This document shows, piece by piece, positions 1 through 8,034 of a stretch of DNA of 32,000 bases. The position numbers and the translations under genes were made by a program. A model generated the notes under the pieces. That model saw nothing but the letters and a program-made list of their open reading frames with translations. It was not told the DNA's origin and made no database searches. Position 1 is the stretch's first letter. The number at the start of each line of letters is the position of its first letter. Source of the DNA: Candidatus Electronema halotolerans (lineage in GTDB: Bacteria; Desulfobacterota; Desulfobulbia; Desulfobulbales; Desulfobulbaceae); the NCBI GenBank assembly GCA_942493095.1, contig OW818675.1:870001-902000 (forward strand), in the 5' to 3' direction.

Positions 1-267
1 GAAAATCTGGCCGACCTGCTGGAAGACCCAAGGCTGGAGCTGGTTCATGCCCTGACCCAGATTGAAAACGCCTGCGAAATCTGCTATCAGAGCGATCCGG
101 GCCAGGCAAAGCGGTTCATGCGGGCGGCAGCGGACGTGCTCGCTTCAGCGGAAAGCGGCGGCGAGCTGCTGATGGATGAAGTGCTGGCAATCATGCCGGA
201 AGTGGAGGAGGTGCTGGATCAGCACGCCCGCAGCACCCAGAAGATTTATCGGGACATCAGAAAATGA
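1..267 (+). CDS. 3' end of an upstream CDS (last 88 codons; start lies outside the window), function unknown
   Basis: Frame 1 is open from nt 1 to TGA at 265-267 (...EVLDQHARSTQKIYRDIRK*). Its stop overlaps the ATG of the next gene (ATGA at 264-267), which indicates translational coupling. It is absent from the ORF track because no start codon lies in the window. The 145..993 minus-strand ORF is a GC-rich shadow. Confidence 0.5.
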   Translation, partial: ENLADLLEDPRLELVHALTQIENACEICYQSDPGQAKRFMRAAADVLASAESGGELLMDEVLAIMPEVEEVLDQHARSTQKIYRDIRK

Positions 268-1370
268 GCCAGAGCTGTTCCTGTCCAGTCTGCGGGCGGC
301 AGGGGCTGCCCGCAGACTGCGCCAGCTGCCCGCAGTGCGATTCTGATTTGACCTGCTTTCAGGTGCTTGATTCCCTGTCCTCCAATAAGGCCGAGCAGAC
401 GGGCCGCCGTTTTTCGTGGCGGGCGCTGCTGGCAGGGGCTGCCTTCCTCCTGCTGCTGGCAGTGCTGGCCGCAGTCTGGCAAAGCAAGGTGCCGGGACCG
501 TTGCTGACAGCCTCCCAAGACCGCCAAGCTGCGCTGCCTGCTTCAGCTTCTGACGGCAAAATTCACATTGATGCCCAGATACGGATTCTCGATGACCGGC
601 AGGAGCGGGAAAACCGCCAGCACCGAGCTGCTCAATCTGTTGCCATTGAAGAAAAAAAACAGGTTGACAAGCCTGCGCAGGAGGAGGTGCGGCAGATGGT
701 GCCTGATGAGGAATCTTCTGATGCTCCGGCAGCGCAGGAAACTGTTGCGCCTGCGCTGCCGGAGCAGACAGAACAGGCCGACAGTGACAGCAGCGTCCCG
801 GAGCCGCTGCCAGTGGAATTGTCCGAGCCAGTTGCAAAAAAAGCTGTTGCTGCGGCATCTGCGCCTGATCAGCAAGCTGCCGAGCCTGCACCAGCACCGC
901 CGCCTGAGCTGCCAGTGCTGCAAGGCCGCCGCAAGCGGGCAGTGCGGACCCGGGCAGTGTCCGGCCTGCGCGAAGCCGCTGCAAAATCGGCAAACCAGAA
1001 GAACAGCAAAAGCACCTTGGTTTATCACGCCCAAAACGGCGAGACGGTCTGGGAGCTGGCTGAACGGTTTTACGGCGAGGGCAAATACTATCCTCTGATC
1101 ATGGAGCTGAATCCGCAGGTCGTGCAAGGCCGCGTCCGGGGCAGCGACAAAGTCCGGCTCCTTGCTGACCGGCGGCAGGCCGCAGCCCTGTATCAGCGCA
1201 GCACCGAGCAGCGCGACGGCCTGCTGCTCTGGAAGCACAAGGTGCAGCCGGGCGAGACGTGGCAGTCCATCTATGCCCGCTTCTTCCCGCCCAAATACTC
1301 CGGCATGGTTTTTTATCCCGGAGACCAGAAAGTGGTTCCCGGCAGCACGGTCAGGATTATTCTCCGTTGA
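264..1370 (+). CDS. Membrane-anchored zinc-ribbon protein with Pro/Ala/Glu-rich spacer and two C-terminal LysM-like repeats
   Basis: The N-terminus CSCPVCG...CASCPQCDSDL has paired CxxC motifs, as in a zinc ribbon. There is one hydrophobic helix (ALLAGAAFLLLLAVLAAVW). The C-terminus has two LysM-like segments (YHAQNGETVWELAERFYGEGKYYPLIMELNP and HKVQPGETWQSIYARFF...VVPGSTVRIIL). The ATG at 264 overlaps the upstream stop. Confidence 0.7.
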   Translation: MSQSCSCPVCGRQGLPADCASCPQCDSDLTCFQVLDSLSSNKAEQTGRRFSWRALLAGAAFLLLLAVLAAVWQSKVPGPLLTASQDRQAALPASASDGKIHIDAQIRILDDRQERENRQHRAAQSVAIEEKKQVDKPAQEEVRQMVPDEESSDAPAAQETVAPALPEQTEQADSDSSVPEPLPVELSEPVAKKAVAAASAPDQQAAEPAPAPPPELPVLQGRRKRAVRTRAVSGLREAAAKSANQKNSKSTLVYHAQNGETVWELAERFYGEGKYYPLIMELNPQVVQGRVRGSDKVRLLADRRQAAALYQRSTEQRDGLLLWKHKVQPGETWQSIYARFFPPKYSGMVFYPGDQKVVPGSTVRIILR

Positions 1371-1375
1371 AGGTG

Positions 1376-3184
1376 ATGGGACACACTTGTTTTTTCAGCC
1401 TGAAAGGGCTTTTTCATAAAAGACGGGCCGCCCAGCTTGAGGCGGAATGCCGACGGCTGCAGGAGGCTGCCGGGCAGGCTGAGGCGGCTGATGATCATCT
1501 CCGCGCTGCCGGGCTGCTGGAGCAAGTTCACACTCTCCGGCCTGAGAACGCGCTGCTCTTGCGGCTGGCCCGCTGCTGGCTGCGGGCCGGACAATGGCAG
1601 CAGGCTGCGGATGCCTACAGTGAGACAGGCTGTTCTGGGGCGGCAGATTGGTATGATGCCGGTTTCGCCTTGGCCAAGCTGGACCGCTTTGCGGTCTGTC
1701 TGCGCTGCTGGCGGCAGACCGGCTCAAGTCATCCAGCTTTTCTTGCCCAGCAGAAGCAGGTCAGCCTCCTGCTCCTTCAGGAACTGAGCCGCTGCTTGGA
1801 CGAGCAATCTTGGGCGCAGGAGGAGCAGGTCCGTGCTCTGCTGACCGAATTTTCCTTGACTGAACTGCCTGGCGGCCATGAGCTGCTGGCCCGTTGCGAC
1901 CGGGTGCGGCTGGCCCGGCTCTGGCAGGAAGACCGGCTGGAGGAGATCATGGCAATGGCGGCAGAGAACGATCTCAACCATCCGGCAGTGCTGGAAATTC
2001 AGGCCAAGGCCGCCTGCCAGCTTTTGGCTGGCCGCCAGTCAGCCGTTTCCGCCGCAGAGCTGCGGCAGTTCATGGACTGCTGGCTCTCAGCCCTGTTTCA
2101 CCCAGCCATTGCCCCACAGGCTGAAGCGGAACGGCAGGCTCTGCTGGAGTTTGGCGCAGACCTGCTGCGCAGGCACGCGGCCCGCTTGAATCACGATGAG
2201 CAGCTCATGCGGGAATGGGAGGAACTGCTTGCCTTGCTGCACAGATTGGCCCTGCTGCCTGCGGTGCGCGAGCAGAATCTGCCGCTGTGCACCCCGGCTC
2301 TGGCCCTGCGCACTGACCAGCAGGAGCAGTTCTGCACTTTGATCCGAACAAATCAGGAGCACTTTGCCGACCGCAGGGCATGGATTGCCGCCGGAGCTGC
2401 GTATGCCTCGGCCTCAGCCCTGCTGCTGGTGCGTGACAATGCCTGTCAGGATGCGCTCAAGGAGCTGGGCCGACTGGAGGAGCAGGGCGATGATCTCTTT
2501 CTCGCCCACGGGGCTGCTCAAGTGAGGACAGCCTGCGGTATTGAGGCCTTGCGGCACCGTCGCTGCCGGGAGGCCGAGGAAATTTTAGTCGGCGGCGAGC
2601 CGCAGGCGGGCTGGTCCGCAGAGCTGGAAAAAGAGCTGCTCGCAGTGCTGGCGCAGGAAAACGGTCACGAAGCACCCTGCCTTGCCGCCAGTCTTGGCAT
2701 TCTCAGCCTGCTGCCCAAAACTTCGCCGCCTGACGCAGCCGCCTGCGCCTTCTGCTCGGCCCTGACCAAATTAGTGCTGCGTCTGCACAATGGCAAGCAG
2801 GCCCGTCCGCAGCTTTTGGCCGCAGCAATGCAGCAGGCTGTCGCGCTCAATCCTGAAGACGAGTTTGCCCGGATGATGCTGGAGGAAGTCAGCATTGCCT
2901 TGGAGCTGGCTGAACTGCACGAGGCCGTGGATCAGGGCTGGCTGTCCAAAGCGGCCCGCATTGCTGCGGCCAGCCGCTATCAGCAGGTTGCCGAGCATTT
3001 TTTCACTGCCGCCCAGCAGGTCGCTGTCCAGCTGGAGCAGGGTCATTATCCTGATGACGAGGCCGCAATGTTGATTCTGGAAGACCTGCTCCGCAGCGTC
3101 AGCCGGGTTGATCCGGGCCATCAGATGATCAGCAGCCTCAGACGCGCATTGGATGATCTGCGGCTGAGGCAGGAGGGCGCATGA
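1376..3184 (+). CDS. Large all-alpha helical-repeat (TPR-like) protein, 602 aa
   Basis: This is a long GC-rich ORF. I chose ATG 1376 (MGHTCFF...), 5 nt after the upstream stop (1368-1370), rather than the track's alternative start at 1259 inside the preceding gene. Leu/Ala-rich amphipathic repeats such as LLRLARCWLRAGQWQQAADAYSETG...WYDAGFALAKL resemble TPRs. Its stop overlaps the next ATG (ATGA at 3181-3184). Confidence 0.6.
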   Translation: MGHTCFFSLKGLFHKRRAAQLEAECRRLQEAAGQAEAADDHLRAAGLLEQVHTLRPENALLLRLARCWLRAGQWQQAADAYSETGCSGAADWYDAGFALAKLDRFAVCLRCWRQTGSSHPAFLAQQKQVSLLLLQELSRCLDEQSWAQEEQVRALLTEFSLTELPGGHELLARCDRVRLARLWQEDRLEEIMAMAAENDLNHPAVLEIQAKAACQLLAGRQSAVSAAELRQFMDCWLSALFHPAIAPQAEAERQALLEFGADLLRRHAARLNHDEQLMREWEELLALLHRLALLPAVREQNLPLCTPALALRTDQQEQFCTLIRTNQEHFADRRAWIAAGAAYASASALLLVRDNACQDALKELGRLEEQGDDLFLAHGAAQVRTACGIEALRHRRCREAEEILVGGEPQAGWSAELEKELLAVLAQENGHEAPCLAASLGILSLLPKTSPPDAAACAFCSALTKLVLRLHNGKQARPQLLAAAMQQAVALNPEDEFARMMLEEVSIALELAELHEAVDQGWLSKAARIAAASRYQQVAEHFFTAAQQVAVQLEQGHYPDDEAAMLILEDLLRSVSRVDPGHQMISSLRRALDDLRLRQEGA

Positions 3185-3441
3185 ACCCGTACAAAGTGCT
3201 GGATTTATCGGCAGAAGCAGAGGCCAAAAATATTATTGCCGCTGCGGCCAAGGCCATGCGGGAGAAAAAATATTCAGTCCGTGAGATTGCCGAAGCCAGA
3301 CGGCAGCTCATGAACCCCAAGCTGCGGCCTCTGCTTGATTTCATCTGCTTTGCTGACGTGGAGCCGCTCCTGCGCCCGGCAGACCCGCCCGCAGAATCTT
3401 GCAGCCCTGACGAGCTGGAGCGGCTGGATATTTTTGACTGA
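3181..3441 (+). CDS. Small J-domain-like protein lacking the HPD motif (86 aa)
   Basis: NPYKVLDLSAEAEAKNIIAAAAKAMREKKY...IAEARRQLMNPKLR follows the J-domain helix I/II/III pattern (xYYxvLgv..A....I..AyrklA......i.eAy..L.dP..R). There is no His-Pro-Asp tripeptide. The gene is translationally coupled to the upstream gene. Confidence 0.45.
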   Translation: MNPYKVLDLSAEAEAKNIIAAAAKAMREKKYSVREIAEARRQLMNPKLRPLLDFICFADVEPLLRPADPPAESCSPDELERLDIFD

Positions 3442-3449
3442 CCAGCCGT

Positions 3450-3479
3450 GCGCTCTCGGCAGACAGAGCGTGAATTTTT
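3450..3479 (+). terminator. Weak candidate intrinsic terminator after the J-like gene
   Basis: The hairpin has stem cgctct (3451-3456), loop cggcagac, and stem agagcg (3465-3470), followed by tgaattttt. The stem is short, so the call is tentative. Confidence 0.3.
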
Positions 3480-3501
3480 CCCTGTCCTCTTGTTTCCGCC
3501 C

Positions 3502-3530
3502 TCGACATCTCCGGGCATGAGTGCTATATC
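3502..3530 (+). promoter_or_regulatory. Candidate sigma70-type promoter for the helicase gene
   Basis: TCGACA (3502-3507), a 17-nt spacer, then TATATC (3525-3530), 43 nt upstream of ATG 3573. This is pattern match only. Confidence 0.3.
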
Positions 3531-3572
3531 TTTCCGGCAAATTTTCTTCTGATTCTCTGCCACTCTCCGCCC

Positions 3573-6500
3573 ATGCCTGACAAGACAGCCCGCCTGCTCG
3601 AATATCTTGCCGCGCTGACCAAACTCAGCAGCAAAAACATTTACAGCCTTGATGAATACGAACGGGTTTTCTGGCTGCACAGTCTGCCCCGCGAGTCGCC
3701 GCTCTGCTTCTGCCGGGCATGGAAAGCGGAAGAGCAAGACGATGGCCTCTGGCTGACTGTAAAAAAAGCTCCGCCGCGAGCCGCTGCGCCTCAGCCTCCT
3801 GATGACTGCGTTCTCTGGCTGCGGCAATATGCGTCGGCAGATTGCAAGGAACCGCCGAAGCTGGAGCCGTCTGTCATCCTTGACTGCGCTAAAACCAATT
3901 CGGAGAGTGAAGCGGAACCAGTCAGAACATTGCATCTGAAGGATTTTCCGGCAGTTCAAGAGCCGTGGCTGCCTTGGGCCGAAGACGATCCTGTCCGTCG
4001 GGCGTACAAAGAGCTGTTTCTGCTGCATCAGGAGCTGCAAAAAAACGGTGAGCAATGCGAGCTGGTTTTAGGGCTGGGCCTGCTGCGCTGGCAGAACAGC
4101 AGCGGACGGGAAATCAAACGGCATGTTGCGGCTGCCGGAGTTTCCTTGGTTTTTGAGGCGGAAAAAGGGCTATTCACAGTTCGGCAGGACAGCGACAAGG
4201 CCGAGATTGAGCTGAATATGCTCGACGATCTGCCGCTTGATGCCCGCAGTTTGATTGATGAGGGCCGGGCCGCTGTCAGCGCGGCGGCGTATGACCGCGC
4301 CGAACTGGATGCCGTTCTGCGCAAAATCGCCCATTCCTTGGGTGCTGGCGGACAAGGGGAATATCATTCTGACCGGCTGGAACCTGCTTCACAGCCGAGC
4401 AAGGACAAACCGCTGATCGAATACGCTCCGGCCTTGATTTTGCGGAAGCGCAGTCAGCGCGGGCTGGATCAGCTATTGACCGAATTGAAGGCCCAGCCTG
4501 CTGAAAGGCTGAAAGGGTTCGGGCCGCTCTGCGGCATTACAGCGGAACCGGGGGAGCAGCCGGGCAAGGCCGCCCCGCCGGGCGAGCTGTATTTTCCTCT
4601 GCCCGCCAATGAGGAGCAGAAGAAAATCATCCGCACCTTGGACATGCAGGCCGGAGTGCTGGTGCAGGGGCCGCCCGGCACTGGCAAATCCCACACCATC
4701 GCCAATCTCATCTCGCATCTGCTGGCAACCGGCCAGCGAATTTTAGTGACCGCAAAGACGAAACAGGCGTTGCAGGTGCTGCATGGCAAGTTGCCGGAAG
4801 AGCTGCGGCCTCTTGCCATCAGTTTGTTGGGAGATGAGAAAAGCTCGCTGGCCCGGAGCGTGGAAGGCATCCTTGACAAACTTGACAAACTCTGGGATGA
4901 ATCCGAGAACCGCCGCCGCACAGATGAGCTGGAAGCGCGGCTTCATGCCTCACGCAAGGCCAAGGCTGCCGCTGAACAGCAGATTCTCGCCCTGCGCGAA
5001 AAGGAGACCTTCACGCATCAACTTGCAGGTGGCCGCTGTTCCGGCACTGCCGCCGAAATTGCCCGCCAGCTCCGCAGCGATGCGGACAAATTTGCTTGGT
5101 TCACAGATTCCATTCCCGCAGATGCGCCGCTGCCTTTGTTAGGTAATGAAGCTGATTTTCTTTGTAAATATTTTGCCGAAGTTTCTCAGGCTGACGAAAA
5201 GGAGCTGACCTTGCAGCTTCCTGCCTCGGAAACGCTGCCGCCAGTCAGCAAGGTGGAGGCGGCTTTTCAAAAAGAGGCTGCTGCCAAGGAAAAGGCCGCG
5301 CCGGGTGCTGAATGGCTGCAACGGCTGCAATGGTCGGATCAAGTGGTTATGCTTCTTTGCGGCAAGGAGGCGTTGTGCTCCCTGCATCAGCAGGCACAAG
5401 ACATGGCGGCAGCTTTCCGCACGCTGCGGCAGAAGCCCATGCCTTGGCTGGAAAAGGCGACGCATGAGATTCTCAGCGGTCAAGACAGAATCTGGCGGGA
5501 ACTGCTGAAATGTTCGCAAGAAAGCGTCAGCAAACTGGAGGTGCTGGAAGCCAAGAACAAAGCGGCTGACATTGACATTCCGCCGGACATCAACCGAAAA
5601 GCCCTGCTGTCCGCTGTCAAGGAATTGCATGAGCATTTCAAAGCAGGCGGAACAGCGGGCCGCTGGATTTTCAAGCCGGAGGTGGTGCGCAAGCATGGCG
5701 GCATGATCAGCCAAGTCAAAGTGGACGGGCAGGACTGCCTCAGCTTGGAGCCGCTGGAAAAACTCGTTGCTTGGCTGACTGTTGAGCAGCAGCTTGATCA
5801 GGCTTGGTCTTTCTGGCAAGGCAGGGCGAAGCGCGATTCTGGGCCGTTCCGCTTGCAGCTTGTTCAATTGGATGAGATGCACAAGGCACTGGAAAAAGTG
5901 CTTCTGCTGCGCCAGATGCAGAAGCAGGTGCGAACGGCGGCAGAAGCCTGCGGGCTGAACGTGGAGCAATGGACTGAAGCGGCCATGCTGGAGCTTGCCG
6001 AAGACTGCCGGGCGGCTCTGGCTTGGTTGCATCAGGAGCAGATAAGCAGCTCAATCAATAAGTTGCAATGTCGTTTTGCTGAGTTGGCCAAAAATCCCAA
6101 AGCGCATCCTGTAGCTGGACAGCTCGCCGCCAGCATTGCTGAACGGGACAGCGCAGCTTATGCCCGCCTGCTTGAGGAACTTGATGTTTTGGCCAAGAAA
6201 GCAAAACAGATGCAGATAAAACAGCAGCTCATCGCCAAACTCTCAGTAGCTGCGCCGACTTTGGCGGCAGAGCTGAACAGCGGTCATGATCGGCAGCTTT
6301 GGGCGAAGCGACTGGCAATGCTCGCAGATGCGTGGGCGTGGGCGCAGGCTTCCTCATGGCTGAAAGATTTTCTGCAAACTGATCTGGCTGCCCTGCTGCG
6401 GCAGAGCCAGCGGCTTGAGGAGGAGATACAGCGTGATCTGAGCAAATTGGCCGCAGAAAAGGCATGGAGCTGCTGTTTTGAGCGGATGAGCGATATGCAC

Positions 6501-7955
6501 CGCAAGCATTTGACTGCTTGGCCAAAGGCAATGCAGAAAATTGGAAAAACAGGAAAAGGGAAATTTGTTTCCGTCTATCGAAGAGATGCTCAATATCACC
6601 TCAGCCAGTTCCGGGATGCTGTGCCCGCGTGGATCATGCCCTTGCATCAGGTGTATGAGACAGTCAATGCTGGAAGCGGATTGTTTGACATCATAATCGT
6701 GGATGAGTCTTCACAGTGCGGCCCGGAAGCCCTGCCGCTCTTCCTGCTTGGCAAACGCCTGATTGTGGTCGGCGACGATAAACAGGTCAGTCCAGATTCC
6801 GTGGGTATAGAGAAGGAGCATGTGCATCATCTCATGCGCACATGGCTGCATGATTTTCCTTTTGCTAAGTCCTTTGACCTTGAGACAAGCCTCTTTGATC
6901 ATGCTGATGTTCTTTTCAGTGGGAAAAATCAAAAAATTACTCTACTGGAGCATTTCCGCTGTGTGCCGGAAATCATCCGCTTCAGCAGCAAACTGTGTTA
7001 CAAGGGCAACCTGATTCCGCTTCGCCGCTATTTGCCAGACCGCTTGGAGCCGCTGCAATCGGTCTTTGTGGAAACTGGCTATCGGGAAGGAAGCCGTCAG
7101 CGGGTCATCAATCGGCCTGAAGCGGAAGCCATTGCTGAAAAGGTGAAGCAATGCTGCGCAGATGAGCGGTATCAGGGCAAATCAATGGGCGTGATCGTCC
7201 TGCAAGGTACAGCGCAGGCTGACCTGATTCAAGGCTTGCTCGTAGAGGCGATTGGTGCGGAAGAAATGCAGAAGCGCAGAATCATTTGCGGCAATGCGCC
7301 CAGCTTTCAGGGCGATGAGCGGGATGTCATCTTTCTCAGCATGGTGGCTGCGCCTAATGCCAGATTCACTTCCATGACTGGGCTGAAATACGAGCAGCGG
7401 TTCAATGTTGCTGCCAGCCGGGCGCGGGATCAGATGTGGCTTTTTCATTCGTTGACGCTCAATGAGCCTCGTTTGGGAAGCAACTGCCTGCGGCGCAGAC
7501 TGCTGGAGCATTTTCAGAACCCGGATGCCGGGATTGACCGCATTCAAGGTCTCAACATTGAGGAACTGCGGCTGGCTGCGCATCAGGCTGAGAGAAAGAC
7601 AGAATCCGCGCCCAAACCTTTTGATAGCTGGTTTGAGGTGGATGTTGCCCTTCAGATTGCAGGACGGGGGTATAACGTTGTGCCGCAGTATCCATTTGCA
7701 GGCAGGCGGATTGACTTGGTTATTCAAGGAAGCGCGGCGCAACTGGCAGTGGAGTGTGACGGCGATTATTGGCACGGCCCGGAACGCTATGAAGCTGACT
7801 TGGCCCGGCAGCGGCAGCTCGAACGCTGCGGCTGGCAGTTCTTCCGCATCCGGGAATGCCTTTACTATGCTGATGCGGACAAGGCACTTGCACCGCTTTG
7901 GCCGTTGCTGGAGCGCATGGGGATAGTGCCGGATAACAGTGCATTAAACCAGTGA
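3573..7955 (+). CDS. Giant SF1 (Upf1/DNA2-like, AAA_11/AAA_12-type) helicase with C-terminal DUF559/Vsr-like PD-(D/E)xK nuclease domain, 1460 aa
   Basis: Walker A is VLVQGPPGTGKSHTIANL, and Walker B/motif II is FDIIIVDESSQC followed by LIVVGDDKQVSP. Later SF1 motifs are LLEHFRCVPEIIRFSS, VIVLQG, SFQGDERDVIFLSMV and RFNVAASRARDQMWLFHS. The C-terminus RIDLVIQGSAAQLAVECDGDYWHGPERYEADLARQRQLERCGWQFFRIRE matches the DUF559/Vsr endonuclease pattern. Confidence 0.85.
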   Translation: MPDKTARLLEYLAALTKLSSKNIYSLDEYERVFWLHSLPRESPLCFCRAWKAEEQDDGLWLTVKKAPPRAAAPQPPDDCVLWLRQYASADCKEPPKLEPSVILDCAKTNSESEAEPVRTLHLKDFPAVQEPWLPWAEDDPVRRAYKELFLLHQELQKNGEQCELVLGLGLLRWQNSSGREIKRHVAAAGVSLVFEAEKGLFTVRQDSDKAEIELNMLDDLPLDARSLIDEGRAAVSAAAYDRAELDAVLRKIAHSLGAGGQGEYHSDRLEPASQPSKDKPLIEYAPALILRKRSQRGLDQLLTELKAQPAERLKGFGPLCGITAEPGEQPGKAAPPGELYFPLPANEEQKKIIRTLDMQAGVLVQGPPGTGKSHTIANLISHLLATGQRILVTAKTKQALQVLHGKLPEELRPLAISLLGDEKSSLARSVEGILDKLDKLWDESENRRRTDELEARLHASRKAKAAAEQQILALREKETFTHQLAGGRCSGTAAEIARQLRSDADKFAWFTDSIPADAPLPLLGNEADFLCKYFAEVSQADEKELTLQLPASETLPPVSKVEAAFQKEAAAKEKAAPGAEWLQRLQWSDQVVMLLCGKEALCSLHQQAQDMAAAFRTLRQKPMPWLEKATHEILSGQDRIWRELLKCSQESVSKLEVLEAKNKAADIDIPPDINRKALLSAVKELHEHFKAGGTAGRWIFKPEVVRKHGGMISQVKVDGQDCLSLEPLEKLVAWLTVEQQLDQAWSFWQGRAKRDSGPFRLQLVQLDEMHKALEKVLLLRQMQKQVRTAAEACGLNVEQWTEAAMLELAEDCRAALAWLHQEQISSSINKLQCRFAELAKNPKAHPVAGQLAASIAERDSAAYARLLEELDVLAKKAKQMQIKQQLIAKLSVAAPTLAAELNSGHDRQLWAKRLAMLADAWAWAQASSWLKDFLQTDLAALLRQSQRLEEEIQRDLSKLAAEKAWSCCFERMSDMHRKHLTAWPKAMQKIGKTGKGKFVSVYRRDAQYHLSQFRDAVPAWIMPLHQVYETVNAGSGLFDIIIVDESSQCGPEALPLFLLGKRLIVVGDDKQVSPDSVGIEKEHVHHLMRTWLHDFPFAKSFDLETSLFDHADVLFSGKNQKITLLEHFRCVPEIIRFSSKLCYKGNLIPLRRYLPDRLEPLQSVFVETGYREGSRQRVINRPEAEAIAEKVKQCCADERYQGKSMGVIVLQGTAQADLIQGLLVEAIGAEEMQKRRIICGNAPSFQGDERDVIFLSMVAAPNARFTSMTGLKYEQRFNVAASRARDQMWLFHSLTLNEPRLGSNCLRRRLLEHFQNPDAGIDRIQGLNIEELRLAAHQAERKTESAPKPFDSWFEVDVALQIAGRGYNVVPQYPFAGRRIDLVIQGSAAQLAVECDGDYWHGPERYEADLARQRQLERCGWQFFRIRECLYYADADKALAPLWPLLERMGIVPDNSALNQ

Positions 7956-7987
7956 AGGCCGCATCGCATTGAGCCGCTGGAAACAGC

Positions 7988-8022
7988 ATTTTCCCTGCCG
8001 CCCCCAGCGACGGCAGGAAAAT
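7988..8022. terminator. Hairpin between convergent helicase and acsC genes (possible bidirectional terminator)
   Basis: attttccctgccg (7988-8000) pairs with cggcaggaaaat (8011-8022) with a 1-nt bulge. The stem core is GC-rich (cctgccg/cggcagg). There is no strong U-tract on either strand. Confidence 0.3.
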
Positions 8023-8034
8023 TTACGCCATCAA

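Noticed and set aside
1259-1375. The track's upstream (non-ATG) start for the TPR-like gene, overlapping the last 112 nt of the LysM-like gene. The N-terminal extensions of folD (to 18225), the Fe-S/DUF3786-like gene (to 19278), the APH-like gene (to 23384), acsC (to 9402) and the protease-lipase gene (to 24885) are analogous cases.
   Set aside because: The internal ATG codons give family-typical N-termini, are preceded by GGAG-type RBSs, and avoid long overlaps. The extensions use alternative starts or add non-conserved residues.
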